Of a DNA stretch of 64,000 nt, positions 1 to 8,327 are shown in pieces. Numbering within the stretch: position 1 is the first letter of the stretch; every line of letters begins with the position of its first letter. Under the pieces are notes generated by a model. It worked only from the letters and a program-made list of their open reading frames with translations. It was not told the origin of the DNA and ran no database searches. The stretch lies in NCBI GenBank assembly GCA_963714465.1, contig CAVQOS010000022.1, positions 25,433 to 89,432 of the forward strand. Reading direction: 5' to 3'. The DNA is from an uncultured Chloroflexia bacterium (lineage in GTDB: Bacteria > Chloroflexota > Anaerolineae > Anaerolineales > Anaerolineaceae). Both the position numbers and the translations under genes were made by a program.

Positions 1-230
1 TCCAAGAAATCTCCGAATATTTTTTCTTCTGATGATGAAAGAAATGCCGACATTGTACTTTCGATTAACCCAGAAGCCGTAATAATGTTTTTTGCTTTAA
101 ATAAATAAGGATTCTTCTTTAACAATTCATTTAACGTCATTCGTGAAACTACGGCTAACCTTTTTTGATGAAAATCGACGATATTTTCATTTACATATTT
201 TTCAAGATCCTTAACGTCAAGATTATTCAT
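1..230 (-). CDS. probable type II restriction endonuclease, N-terminal part (gene runs off the window start)
   Basis: Not in the ORF track because there is no stop inside the window. The reverse complement of 1-236 reads MKMNNLDVKDLEKYVNENIVDFHQKRLAVVSRMTLNELLKKNPYLFKAKNIITASGLIESTMSAFLSSSEEKIFGDFL with no stop. AAGGA lies a few nt before the ATG at 230. It is AT-rich and on the same strand as the adjacent methyltransferase. I associate the NPYLFKAK...SSSEE.FG.FLE pattern with small type II REase families from memory only, and the family is not assignable. Confidence 0.4.
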   Translation of the reverse strand, partial: MNNLDVKDLEKYVNENIVDFHQKRLAVVSRMTLNELLKKNPYLFKAKNIITASGLIESTMSAFLSSSEEKIFGDFL

Positions 231-236
231 TTTCAT

Positions 237-2036
237 CCTTAATTGTAGATATGACTTTACTGAAAATACTCGTTTTTAAGAAGCATAACTTACCTGATTA
301 AGCGTTACACGACCTAGGCAAGCGTAAAAAATGGCTTTTAGGGAAATAAAAAAAGAAACAAACGGTTGCTCCTGGGAGCAATCCTGCTCTTTTTGTAACT
401 TCATTTGCTCAATTTCCAGCTTTACCTTGGCTTCCAGGTAGCGTTGAATACGACGGACATTCGTCATCATTGCCGATCCAATTACCATACAGGATACCCG
501 GAACTTGCCTCGCACCGGCAGCTTGCTGGCAGGGAAGGGATGTTTCACTTGGCGGACAGTGGCTTCCACAGCAGCCCGTAAGTTACGTCCTTCTTCCTGG
601 TGAATCTGGCTCCTCTGCCGCCGCTCGGACAGATTGATTTGCTTCTGATCAAAACGCAGATGGAACCGGAGATCGCGTTTGCCTCTTTGAACTGGACATT
701 TTGGTAATAATGGACACGTCAGGCAGACATTATCCTCAAAGTGAGCCACATAGGCTTTCTTTTGGCTGCTTGGGTGAACCGCGGTGCTTTGTTCTTGCGG
801 GCAGGTAATTCGAGTTGGAATACCTTTCTCAGTTTGTTTGATCTCGAAATCGGATAGGTTGAGCTTCTGATGATTGGGAATTCTGCCCCGAATGGCAGTC
901 TGGATTTGCTCGACCTGGTTAGTTTGCAAGGTCTTGTCCGCATCGGGACTGCCATAACCGCCATCTGTATACAAGGTATCCAGATCAGTCCGCTCTTTCA
1001 AATTGGGTAAGGCTTCTACCAACATCTCCGCATCCTCTGTGTGGTTGGAGGCCACCTGGACTTTGGTAACGAGTTGCAGTGGATTCTCTGGATCACAGGT
1101 TTCTGTGAGATTAGCCACATATCCTCGAAAGGACTTGTTGTTTTTCTGTCTGTAAGTGGCTTCCAAATCATCCGGGGATTGCAGACTGCTGGCACTCAGC
1201 TCTTTGCCTATCTTGATTTTCAATCCTTTCTCTTCCACCCGGAAATGTTCGCCAAAGACGCGCTCAAACATCTGGTAGACCGGCTCCTGGGCATAACTTG
1301 GTTGAAGTTCAACCAGCAGGCGCTGCATCAGTTCACCGATCTTCTGCAAATGCTCATTCGTGTCCTGTCCCTTGAGATGGTACACATACTGCCCGGCGTG
1401 CCCTTGAATATAGGGTGCAAACTCTTCAGCGTAATGTCCTTGATCTTCTTTGGTGAGCATGCGATAAACACGCTGCAATACTTCCACCAGTAACTGCAAG
1501 CGGCCCATGACACGAATATTGCTGGCAATCTGCGTGCTGTCCATCCGTTGTTTGCCGGTCTTCAGTTGGTAGGCCGAGAGCTGTTGGTCGGTCACCTTCT
1601 CGAAGGCTTTTTCCAACAGATTTATCCCTGTCTCTTGCATGTACCGGCTCAACCGTTCCCGAAAGTAGTACAGCGTGCGGGGTTCGAAGTCACCCTCTCC
1701 CAATTGCCGATATCCAAGTGCATACCGAACCTGTGAGTTATAGCCAAACTCATCAAACATCTCTTCGTCAGTCCAGCCATTCCCTGCTTTCAAATACTCT
1801 AATCCAACTAATACATTGACCGGGATATTTGGCCGTGAGGGACAATCTGCATAAAGTACTGCGAAGGGCGTTTCATCCAGCCGACAAAAGAATTCCCGGT
1901 AGAAGGCTCCCGACCAGGATGTGTCCAGACGCTTCCTTAGTTTTGGGGGTAGTTCGTCTACGTTGCTGGTGAGGGGTAACTGGAAATGGCGATGGTTTTC
2001 TTTGAACATGTTTTAGCCTTTGTTGGGATGACTCTA
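237..2036 (-). mobile_element. insertion sequence, IS1182/IS5-like, ends approximate
   Basis: A single transposase gene of host-like composition is wedged between two AT-rich R-M genes. Only 27 bp separate its ATG (2009) from the methyltransferase stop (2037), and about 45 bp separate its stop (276) from the REase start. I could not identify terminal inverted repeats by eye. Confidence 0.55.
276..2009 (-). CDS. IS1182/IS5-family DDE transposase (577 aa)
   Basis: The N-terminus (FYREFFCRLDETPFAVLYADCPSRPNIPVNVLVGLEYLKAGNGWTDEEM) resembles the DUF772/InsH N-terminal transposase domain. The length and the C-terminal Cys cluster (CLTCPLLPKCP) are typical of IS1182-type transposases. Confidence 0.8.
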   Translation of the reverse strand: MFKENHRHFQLPLTSNVDELPPKLRKRLDTSWSGAFYREFFCRLDETPFAVLYADCPSRPNIPVNVLVGLEYLKAGNGWTDEEMFDEFGYNSQVRYALGYRQLGEGDFEPRTLYYFRERLSRYMQETGINLLEKAFEKVTDQQLSAYQLKTGKQRMDSTQIASNIRVMGRLQLLVEVLQRVYRMLTKEDQGHYAEEFAPYIQGHAGQYVYHLKGQDTNEHLQKIGELMQRLLVELQPSYAQEPVYQMFERVFGEHFRVEEKGLKIKIGKELSASSLQSPDDLEATYRQKNNKSFRGYVANLTETCDPENPLQLVTKVQVASNHTEDAEMLVEALPNLKERTDLDTLYTDGGYGSPDADKTLQTNQVEQIQTAIRGRIPNHQKLNLSDFEIKQTEKGIPTRITCPQEQSTAVHPSSQKKAYVAHFEDNVCLTCPLLPKCPVQRGKRDLRFHLRFDQKQINLSERRQRSQIHQEEGRNLRAAVEATVRQVKHPFPASKLPVRGKFRVSCMVIGSAMMTNVRRIQRYLEAKVKLEIEQMKLQKEQDCSQEQPFVSFFISLKAIFYACLGRVTLNQVSYAS

Positions 2037-3089
2037 TTATATTAATTTTTTCGTCATTTCCACAGGGTATAATTTGGATAAGTTCTGTCCAGTCGTTTTT
2101 GCAGTGAAGTCAGATATGTTTTCCTTTGATATTCTGTCGATAGCAACTCGGCAATATTCGTCGTCTAGATCGATACCCAAATAGTCTCTCCCAAGCCTTT
2201 TCGCAGCTACACAAGTGGTTCCAGAACCATTGAAAGGATCAAGAACCAACTCACCAGGTTTAGTGAAAAGCTTTATGAACCATTCAGGTAAAGCAACGGG
2301 AAATGCGGCACTATGACTTTGGTTATAGCACTCGGTAGGCATATGGAGAACATTGCTTGGGTAAACCATGTCCCTACCTACCCAATTTGAAATATTCTTG
2401 CCAAATCCAGAACCAACTTTCGAATTATCCCGCTTTTTATCTGTTTCAGATAAGTTTTTCAATCTACTCTTTGCCCAATCCCCTACAGGTACCATTACTT
2501 CGTCCTGATACATAGAAAATGTTCTCGATTTCGTGAAGTGAAGCAATCTTTCCCAATTATCTCGAAAACGGTTAGGCCATTTTCCTGGGTGGCTGTTTTT
2601 CTTGTGCCACATATATTCTTCTGTCCAAATCCATCCTCTTTTTCTCAATTCAAGTATCAATTCAAGGACATATGTGTGTCTTTCGCCATTGACGACGCGT
2701 TCCTTAATATTAAGAATAAATGAACCGGTCGGTTTTAAAACTCTATAAAATTGATCAGCTTTTGGAAGAAACCATGCAACGTAGTTGTCAGGTTTGATCC
2801 CGCCGTATGTTGATGCCCGTTGGTCGGCATAAGGGGGAGATGTAATGATTAAATCCACACAATTATCTGGCAACATTCTTAAAACTTCTATGCAATCTCC
2901 AGAGATGACTCTATTCTTACTTTCAATCGGGGCAAATAATGGCGAATGTACTTCATCAAAGTTTATGGGAAATTGAATGATTTCCGAGTAATAACTCTTT
3001 TGAGGTTCCTTAACCGAGTTATTTGCGGAGGCTTTGGAATTTTCAGAATAGACTATCATTTTATTTGACGTGGGTAGTGTAGGTTCCAT
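2037..3089 (-). CDS. site-specific DNA methyltransferase, beta class (N4-cytosine or N6-adenine)
   Basis: Motif IV (DLIITSPPY) comes before motif I (LVLDPFNGSGTT), which is the N6_N4_Mtase family order. The SPPY variant is more typical of m4C enzymes. The gene is visibly AT-rich compared with the rest of the window. Confidence 0.85.
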   Translation of the reverse strand: MEPTLPTSNKMIVYSENSKASANNSVKEPQKSYYSEIIQFPINFDEVHSPLFAPIESKNRVISGDCIEVLRMLPDNCVDLIITSPPYADQRASTYGGIKPDNYVAWFLPKADQFYRVLKPTGSFILNIKERVVNGERHTYVLELILELRKRGWIWTEEYMWHKKNSHPGKWPNRFRDNWERLLHFTKSRTFSMYQDEVMVPVGDWAKSRLKNLSETDKKRDNSKVGSGFGKNISNWVGRDMVYPSNVLHMPTECYNQSHSAAFPVALPEWFIKLFTKPGELVLDPFNGSGTTCVAAKRLGRDYLGIDLDDEYCRVAIDRISKENISDFTAKTTGQNLSKLYPVEMTKKLI

Positions 3090-3335
3090 AAGATAAATAA
3101 TTATAAAACATATTTTCTGAAAGTGAAATTTGTCATATAGGGTGAAGCGATTAAGTACAAATGGGGAGGAATATTCCTTCTAAAATGAAGTCGAATGTAA
3201 ATTATGAATCCAGAATCTAATCCCTCTCTTCAAGAATAAATTTCCAACCATCTAATTTTATTCAAGCAAATATAAAATATTAAGATAAAAAATGTCTTAT
3301 TACTATATAATTAAAATAGATGACTATGGATATGA

Positions 3336-4790
3336 ATGGCTGAGCGAATACTAGTCACAGGAGCAACGGGTTATATCGGCGGCAGGCTGGTTCCGCGCTT
3401 GCTGGAGGCCGGCTACGAGGTACGCTGCCTGGCAAGGGACCCTTCACGACTAAAGGATTTTCCCTGGCGGGACCAGGTTGATGTATGGCAGGGGGATGCT
3501 TTGGATCAATCTTCTCTGGTGGATGCCATGCGAGGTATGAACGCAGCCTACTATCTGATCCATGGGATGCAGGGAGTTCGACCAGACGTGCAGCGCGACC
3601 TACGTGCTGCGACCAATTTTGCTTCCGCAGCCGAAGAGGTTGGCTTGGAACGGATCATCTATTTGGGTAACCTGACATCGCCCTCCAGGAAATCCATCCC
3701 CTATCTGGAATCCCGTTATGAGACCGGCCGCATCTTGCGCCAGGGCAAGGTCCCGGTCACAGAATTCCGCGCCAGCCTGATCATTGGTTCGGGAAGCATT
3801 TTGTTCGAGATGATCCGGTACCTGACCGAGCAGATGCCTGTGATGGTGGGTCCAAAGTGGCTGGATAACCGGGTACAGCCCATTGCCGTGGAAAATGTTG
3901 CAGATTATCTGCTTTCTGCGCTGGTAATTGAATCATGCCGGGGGAAAATTTATGAAATCGGAGGAAAAGACGTACTCACCTATTTCGAGACGATCACAGA
4001 GTATGCGCGCTTGCGCGGATTAACACGTCCCATTATCAAACTCCCATTTTTGACAGCAAAATGGATGGCTTATTTTGCGAGCAAATTAACGCCGGTTCCA
4101 CCCGACATAACCCTTCCCCTGATTGACGGGATGCGCAGCGATAGCCTGGTTCAGGATGATTCAGCCAGAAGGGACTTTCCGGATATTCGGTTGATCGATT
4201 ATCAAACCTCGGTTCAAAATGCCCTGAGCAACTTATCTCCGGTTTACCTTGAATCAATGTGGAAGCGTGGAGAGGACTCATTCGGTACGATGCAGGAAGG
4301 AATTTTTGTCGAAGCACGTAAATTGGTGTTCCTGGCTGATCCCGAATTGGTTTACCGTACCCTCTCTTGCCTGGGGGGAAAGAACGGTTGGGTATTCTTA
4401 AATTGGCTTTGGAAAATACGCGGTTTTATCGATAAGTTATTGGGAGGACCGGGGTTGCGAGGTCGTAATTCAACCGGAATGCTTTCAGAAAGAGATACCC
4501 TGGATTTTTATCGGGTAGAGGCTTTGCGTCCAGGAAAAATGCTGCGTTTGAGAGCAGAGTTGCGATCTCCTGGGATCGGTTGGATGGAATGGCGCATCCA
4601 TCCTAAATTGGAAGGCGCAGTTGAGTTATCGCAAATCGCTTATTTTGTGCCCCACGGTCTTCCGGGATTTCTTTACTGGAACTTCTTGCTTCCTTTTCAT
4701 CGTTGGATGTTTGCCGGCTTGATAAAAGCAATTGCCCGCAAAGCGATGGGCTTAACAAATGACGTTGATTCTTTGCAAGACTGTGCATAA
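3336..4790 (+). CDS. NAD(P)-binding SDR/NmrA-like protein with a C-terminal DUF2867-like domain
   Basis: ILVTGATGYIGGRLVPRLLEAGYEV is a Rossmann GxxGxxG motif. The ORF is a long 484-aa reading frame. Confidence 0.8.
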   Translation: MAERILVTGATGYIGGRLVPRLLEAGYEVRCLARDPSRLKDFPWRDQVDVWQGDALDQSSLVDAMRGMNAAYYLIHGMQGVRPDVQRDLRAATNFASAAEEVGLERIIYLGNLTSPSRKSIPYLESRYETGRILRQGKVPVTEFRASLIIGSGSILFEMIRYLTEQMPVMVGPKWLDNRVQPIAVENVADYLLSALVIESCRGKIYEIGGKDVLTYFETITEYARLRGLTRPIIKLPFLTAKWMAYFASKLTPVPPDITLPLIDGMRSDSLVQDDSARRDFPDIRLIDYQTSVQNALSNLSPVYLESMWKRGEDSFGTMQEGIFVEARKLVFLADPELVYRTLSCLGGKNGWVFLNWLWKIRGFIDKLLGGPGLRGRNSTGMLSERDTLDFYRVEALRPGKMLRLRAELRSPGIGWMEWRIHPKLEGAVELSQIAYFVPHGLPGFLYWNFLLPFHRWMFAGLIKAIARKAMGLTNDVDSLQDCA

Positions 4791-4799
4791 TGCCGTTGT

Positions 4800-4872
4800 A
4801 ACCATGAAGAAACAGAGGAAGAGGGGCGCGCGCATAATTCCACATGCCTCTCTTCCTCATGGTTCCATTTTT
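4800..4872 (+). terminator. intrinsic terminator after the SDR gene
   Basis: The arm aaccatgaagaaacagaggaagagg pairs imperfectly with cctctcttcctcatggtt and is followed by ccattttttg. Confidence 0.6.
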
Positions 4873-4932
4873 TGACTATCGCGGAACTACAATGCAGGAT
4901 TTTCCTCGAAGACAATTTTAGCTGATGCGATG

Positions 4933-5394
4933 CTAGAATTGGATCGCATCCAGCAGTTCATTGGTTTCCTGCAGCCAGGTCGTTGGGTTAGTGGAACGCT
5001 TGATGTATCGGATCACACCTTTTTGATCCAGAATGATGGAGGCGGTGCGTTGGATGCCGATAAAATTCTTTACCAGTTCAAAACTGTGATAGATATTACG
5101 CTCGGGATCTGAAAGGATTGGAAACGGCGATTTGAGTTGTTCTGCGTAACTTTGGGCTTTTTCAAGTGTGTCGCCAAGAATTACCAGAATCTGCGCCCCG
5201 GCTTTGACAAACTCATCGTTTTTGCGCCCCAACTGGGCGACATGCGCACGGCACTGCATTCAATTAAACTCCCGAACGAAAAACAAAACGACTTTAGTGC
5301 CAAGGTAATCATAAAGAGCAATTTCTCTCCCCATAGTTGAGGCGAGTTTGAAATCAGGCACCTGGGAACCAACTTGCAATTCATTATCCGACAT
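4933..5394 (-). CDS. AhpC/TSA-redoxin-like thiol-disulfide oxidoreductase, candidate selenoprotein (U45 encoded by TGA at 5262..5260)
   Basis: The ORF track gives only 4933-5259 (MQCRAH...). Reading on upstream in the same frame gives ATG at 5394, preceded by GGAGGA, then MSDNELQVGSQVPDFKLASTMGREIALYDYLGTKVVLFFVREFN-TGA-MQCRAHVAQLG. The TGA therefore sits at the first position of the CxxC-type redox motif. Confidence 0.65.
5225..5239 (-). promoter_or_regulatory. candidate bacterial SECIS hairpin
   Basis: On the minus strand, CGCCC-AGUUG-GGGCG starts 20 nt after the UGA. The G-containing apical loop is about 25 nt from the UGA, inside the range used for bacterial SECIS models. Confidence 0.4.
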
Positions 5395-5597
5395 GTAAAT
5401 TCCTCCTTACCCCTGGAAGTTTTGCCGTTCAACAACGGCATCGTCGTGTTGCACAGGAATGTTTGGAACGATTCCAAATCCCATCATCATAAATTATACA
5501 ATTGATAAACGATAAATGTAAGAATCGTTTTTAGTTGGATATCTTCTTTTCCAATTCGGGGATTGTTGATATCCTTTGACTTAACACGGAGAAAACT

Positions 5598-6575
5598 ATG
5601 GAAACCAACTTTTTTCCAAAACCCAAGGTATTTGTAACCCGAAGAATCCCTGATGTAGCCAGGGAAGAGCTTCAGAAACATGTCGATGCTGAGATATGGG
5701 ATTTTGAAACCCCGCCCCCTTATGAAGTATTGGTGGAGAAAGTTCGCGGCAAAGAAGGTTTGATGTGTTTGGTAACTGAAAAAATCGATGCAAAGTTAAT
5801 GGATGCCGGTAAGCAATTGAAAGTCATCTCGCAGATTGCAGTTGGTTTTGACAATATCGCGGTCGCAGAGGCAACTGCGCGTGGAATTCGCGTTGGGAAC
5901 ACGCCGGGCGTTCTTACCGAAACTACGGCCGATTTCGCATTTTCTTTGCTTCTGTCTGCAGCCAGGCGGATAGGCGAAGGGATTGATTATGTTCGCCAGG
6001 GAAAGTGGAAAACCTTTGGCTTATCTTTGTTATTGGGGCAGGATGTACACGGCAGGACCCTGGGAATCGTCGGCATGGGAAGAATCGGACAGGCAGTGGC
6101 GAAAAGAGCTAGAGGATTCGACATGCACGTGCTTTACACCGATCAAACCCGGATCAAACAAGCGGAAGAGGAATTAGGTGTCGAGTATTGCTCTCTCGAT
6201 AAATTGCTGCGCGAATCGGATTTTGTCAGTTTGCATGTGAACCTGAATGAACAAACGCGCGGCTTGATTGGAGAGCATGAGTTTGACATCATGCAGCCAA
6301 ATGCGATACTCATCAACACCGCCAGGGGTCCGATTGTGGACCAGGATGCGCTCTACACCGCCCTCAAGGACGGGAAAATTGCTTATGCAGCCCTGGATGT
6401 GACCGACCCCGAACCCATTGCAGCGGATGATAAATTATTGACGCTCCCCAATATTATCATCGTTCCTCATATCGCCAGTGCCACTGTGGCAACCCGCACC
6501 AAAATGTGCATGATGGCTGTGCAGAACCTGGTTGCAGGCGTAAAGAATGAGAAATTGCCTTTCCCGGTAAACTAA
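5598..6575 (+). CDS. D-2-hydroxyacid dehydrogenase (glyoxylate/hydroxypyruvate reductase-like)
   Basis: GIVGMGRIGQAVAKRA is an NAD-binding motif, and the C-terminal PHIASAT motif and overall layout fit the D-isomer specific 2-hydroxyacid dehydrogenase family. Confidence 0.85.
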   Translation: METNFFPKPKVFVTRRIPDVAREELQKHVDAEIWDFETPPPYEVLVEKVRGKEGLMCLVTEKIDAKLMDAGKQLKVISQIAVGFDNIAVAEATARGIRVGNTPGVLTETTADFAFSLLLSAARRIGEGIDYVRQGKWKTFGLSLLLGQDVHGRTLGIVGMGRIGQAVAKRARGFDMHVLYTDQTRIKQAEEELGVEYCSLDKLLRESDFVSLHVNLNEQTRGLIGEHEFDIMQPNAILINTARGPIVDQDALYTALKDGKIAYAALDVTDPEPIAADDKLLTLPNIIIVPHIASATVATRTKMCMMAVQNLVAGVKNEKLPFPVN

Positions 6576-6682
6576 GCGAAGGGAAAACCGCCGTAGGGTT
6601 GTTGGCGCGCTTTTTTAGAGATCAGATCAAAGACCATTCTGATCAGTTTGACAGGTTTTTCATCTTACTCTAAACTTATTTC

Positions 6683-8233
6683 ATGCTTTCCAGAGTCTAC
6701 TCTTGCGCTGTAGTCGGGATGGAGGGGGTCATCGTTGAGGTGGAAGTGGACACCAGCGATGGCTTGCCCAAGATGATCATTGTTGGATTGCCTGATGAAG
6801 CCGTGCAGGAATCCCGCGAACGAGTTCATTCAGCCATCAAGAACGCCGGCTTGTATTACCCCCGCAAGAAATTGACGGTAAATTTAGCCCCTGCAGTGGT
6901 GCATAAGGAAGGCGCCGGTTACGACCTACCAATTGCATTGGGAGTGCTGATCGCTTCTGCCCAATTGCCGCCGGATTGTGTGGATAACGCCCTGGTCATC
7001 GGTGAACTCTCACTGGACGGCAGCGTGCGTCATGTGCGGGGGGTTCTGCCTATTGCAGCCCTGGCACGGCAAAAAGGCTTTGTGCGGGTTTTTGCGCCCG
7101 TTGCAGATGCCGCGGAAGCGGCCCTCATTCCCGGGCTGGAAATCATCCCTGTCGGTTCGGTCGGTGACCTTTACCGCCATTTGATCCGGCAGAAAGTGAT
7201 CGCACCCCAGCCGCCGGTGCAGCCGGCAAACATTCCGGTGACCGTGCAGACAGACTTCAGTGAAATAAAAGGGCAGGAGCATGTCAAGCGCGCGCTCGAG
7301 GTTGCGGCAGCCGGGGGACACAATATCTTGATGACAGGCTCACCAGGCGCGGGAAAAACACTCCTTGCCAGGGCGCTGCCCGGGATTCTACCCCGGATGT
7401 CGCTTGATGAATCATTGGACGTAACCCGCGTTTACTCGGTGGCTGACCAGCTTCCAGCCGATACACCTTTGATTAACAACCGCCCCTTCCGCTCGCCGCA
7501 CCACACGGTCTCCTTTGCCGGTCTCGTCGGAGGCGGGAATATCCCGCGACCGGGAGAGATTTCACTGGCGCACCGGGGAGTGCTCTTCCTGGATGAGCTG
7601 CCAGAGTTCAACCCGCGGGTATTGGAAGTGCTGCGCCAACCGATGGAAGACAAGATCGTCACCATCAGCCGCGCGCATGGCACCATCACCTTTCCCGCCA
7701 GTTTTCAAATGGTGGGGGCGATGAATCCGTGCCCGTGCGGATATTACAACGATCCGGTAAAAGCCTGCACCTGTTCGGCAGGCGTCATCACCAAGTACCA
7801 GAAGCGCATCTCGGGTCCGCTGCTGGACCGGATCGATATTCACATAGAGGTCCCGCGGGTAGAGTATGAAAAGTTGAGCGACCGGCGCATGGCAGAAACC
7901 TCTGAAGTCATCCGCGCCAGGGTGGAAGCCGCCCGCCAGGTTCAAAGGCTGCGATTTACCTCTCCATCGGCAAGTGAAGAGGAGCAGGCATTCTTGCCCC
8001 TCTGTAATGCCGATATGCGTCCGGCGGAGATCCGCCAATATTGTGTGCTGGATACGACGGGTCAGGCGTTGATGAAAACCGCCATGAACCAGCTTCAACT
8101 CACGGCGCGGGCTTATCACCGCATCCTCAAGCTGGCTCGCACCATCGCCGACCTGGCAGGCGCAGTCGATATCTCACCGACGCACCTGGCTGAAGCGCTG
8201 CAGTACCGCCCGAGAACAAACACATCCTATTAA
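6683..8233 (+). CDS. YifB/ComM family Mg-chelatase-like AAA ATPase
   Basis: The N-terminal Lon-protease-like domain begins MLSRVYSCAVVGMEG. The Walker A motif is GSPGAGKT, and a C-terminal Mg-chelatase subunit ChlI-like region follows. Confidence 0.9.
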   Translation: MLSRVYSCAVVGMEGVIVEVEVDTSDGLPKMIIVGLPDEAVQESRERVHSAIKNAGLYYPRKKLTVNLAPAVVHKEGAGYDLPIALGVLIASAQLPPDCVDNALVIGELSLDGSVRHVRGVLPIAALARQKGFVRVFAPVADAAEAALIPGLEIIPVGSVGDLYRHLIRQKVIAPQPPVQPANIPVTVQTDFSEIKGQEHVKRALEVAAAGGHNILMTGSPGAGKTLLARALPGILPRMSLDESLDVTRVYSVADQLPADTPLINNRPFRSPHHTVSFAGLVGGGNIPRPGEISLAHRGVLFLDELPEFNPRVLEVLRQPMEDKIVTISRAHGTITFPASFQMVGAMNPCPCGYYNDPVKACTCSAGVITKYQKRISGPLLDRIDIHIEVPRVEYEKLSDRRMAETSEVIRARVEAARQVQRLRFTSPSASEEEQAFLPLCNADMRPAEIRQYCVLDTTGQALMKTAMNQLQLTARAYHRILKLARTIADLAGAVDISPTHLAEALQYRPRTNTSY

Positions 8234-8327
8234 TTTCTCCAGATCTATCACAATCCAGGATTGAAACCTGCGGTGACTTTTCACGTATGTTGTGTGTTCA
8301 TATATGTAATTGTGGAGCTTACACCGC

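Noticed and set aside
249-2036. The direct repeat atgactTta (251-259) / atgactCta (2028-2036) as a target-site duplication flanking the IS.
   Set aside because: The repeat is imperfect. The sequences just inside it show no inverted-repeat relationship. I therefore could not use it to define the IS ends.
5181-5477. 98-aa minus-strand ORF overlapping the 5' half of the redoxin gene.
   Set aside because: It lies in a different frame from the redoxin-like sequence, has no recognisable motif and has a low-complexity composition. The in-frame TGA read-through model explains the region better.
7562-8119. Long antisense ORFs inside well-supported genes. Examples are 7562-8119 in yifB/comM, 28921-29463 in ileS, 32181-32660 in lspA, 38406-38969, 46465-46911 and 54372-55004.
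   Set aside because: They lie opposite genes with clear family motifs, and their translations are Arg/Pro/Gly-rich with no motifs. This is typical of shadow ORFs in mid or high GC DNA.
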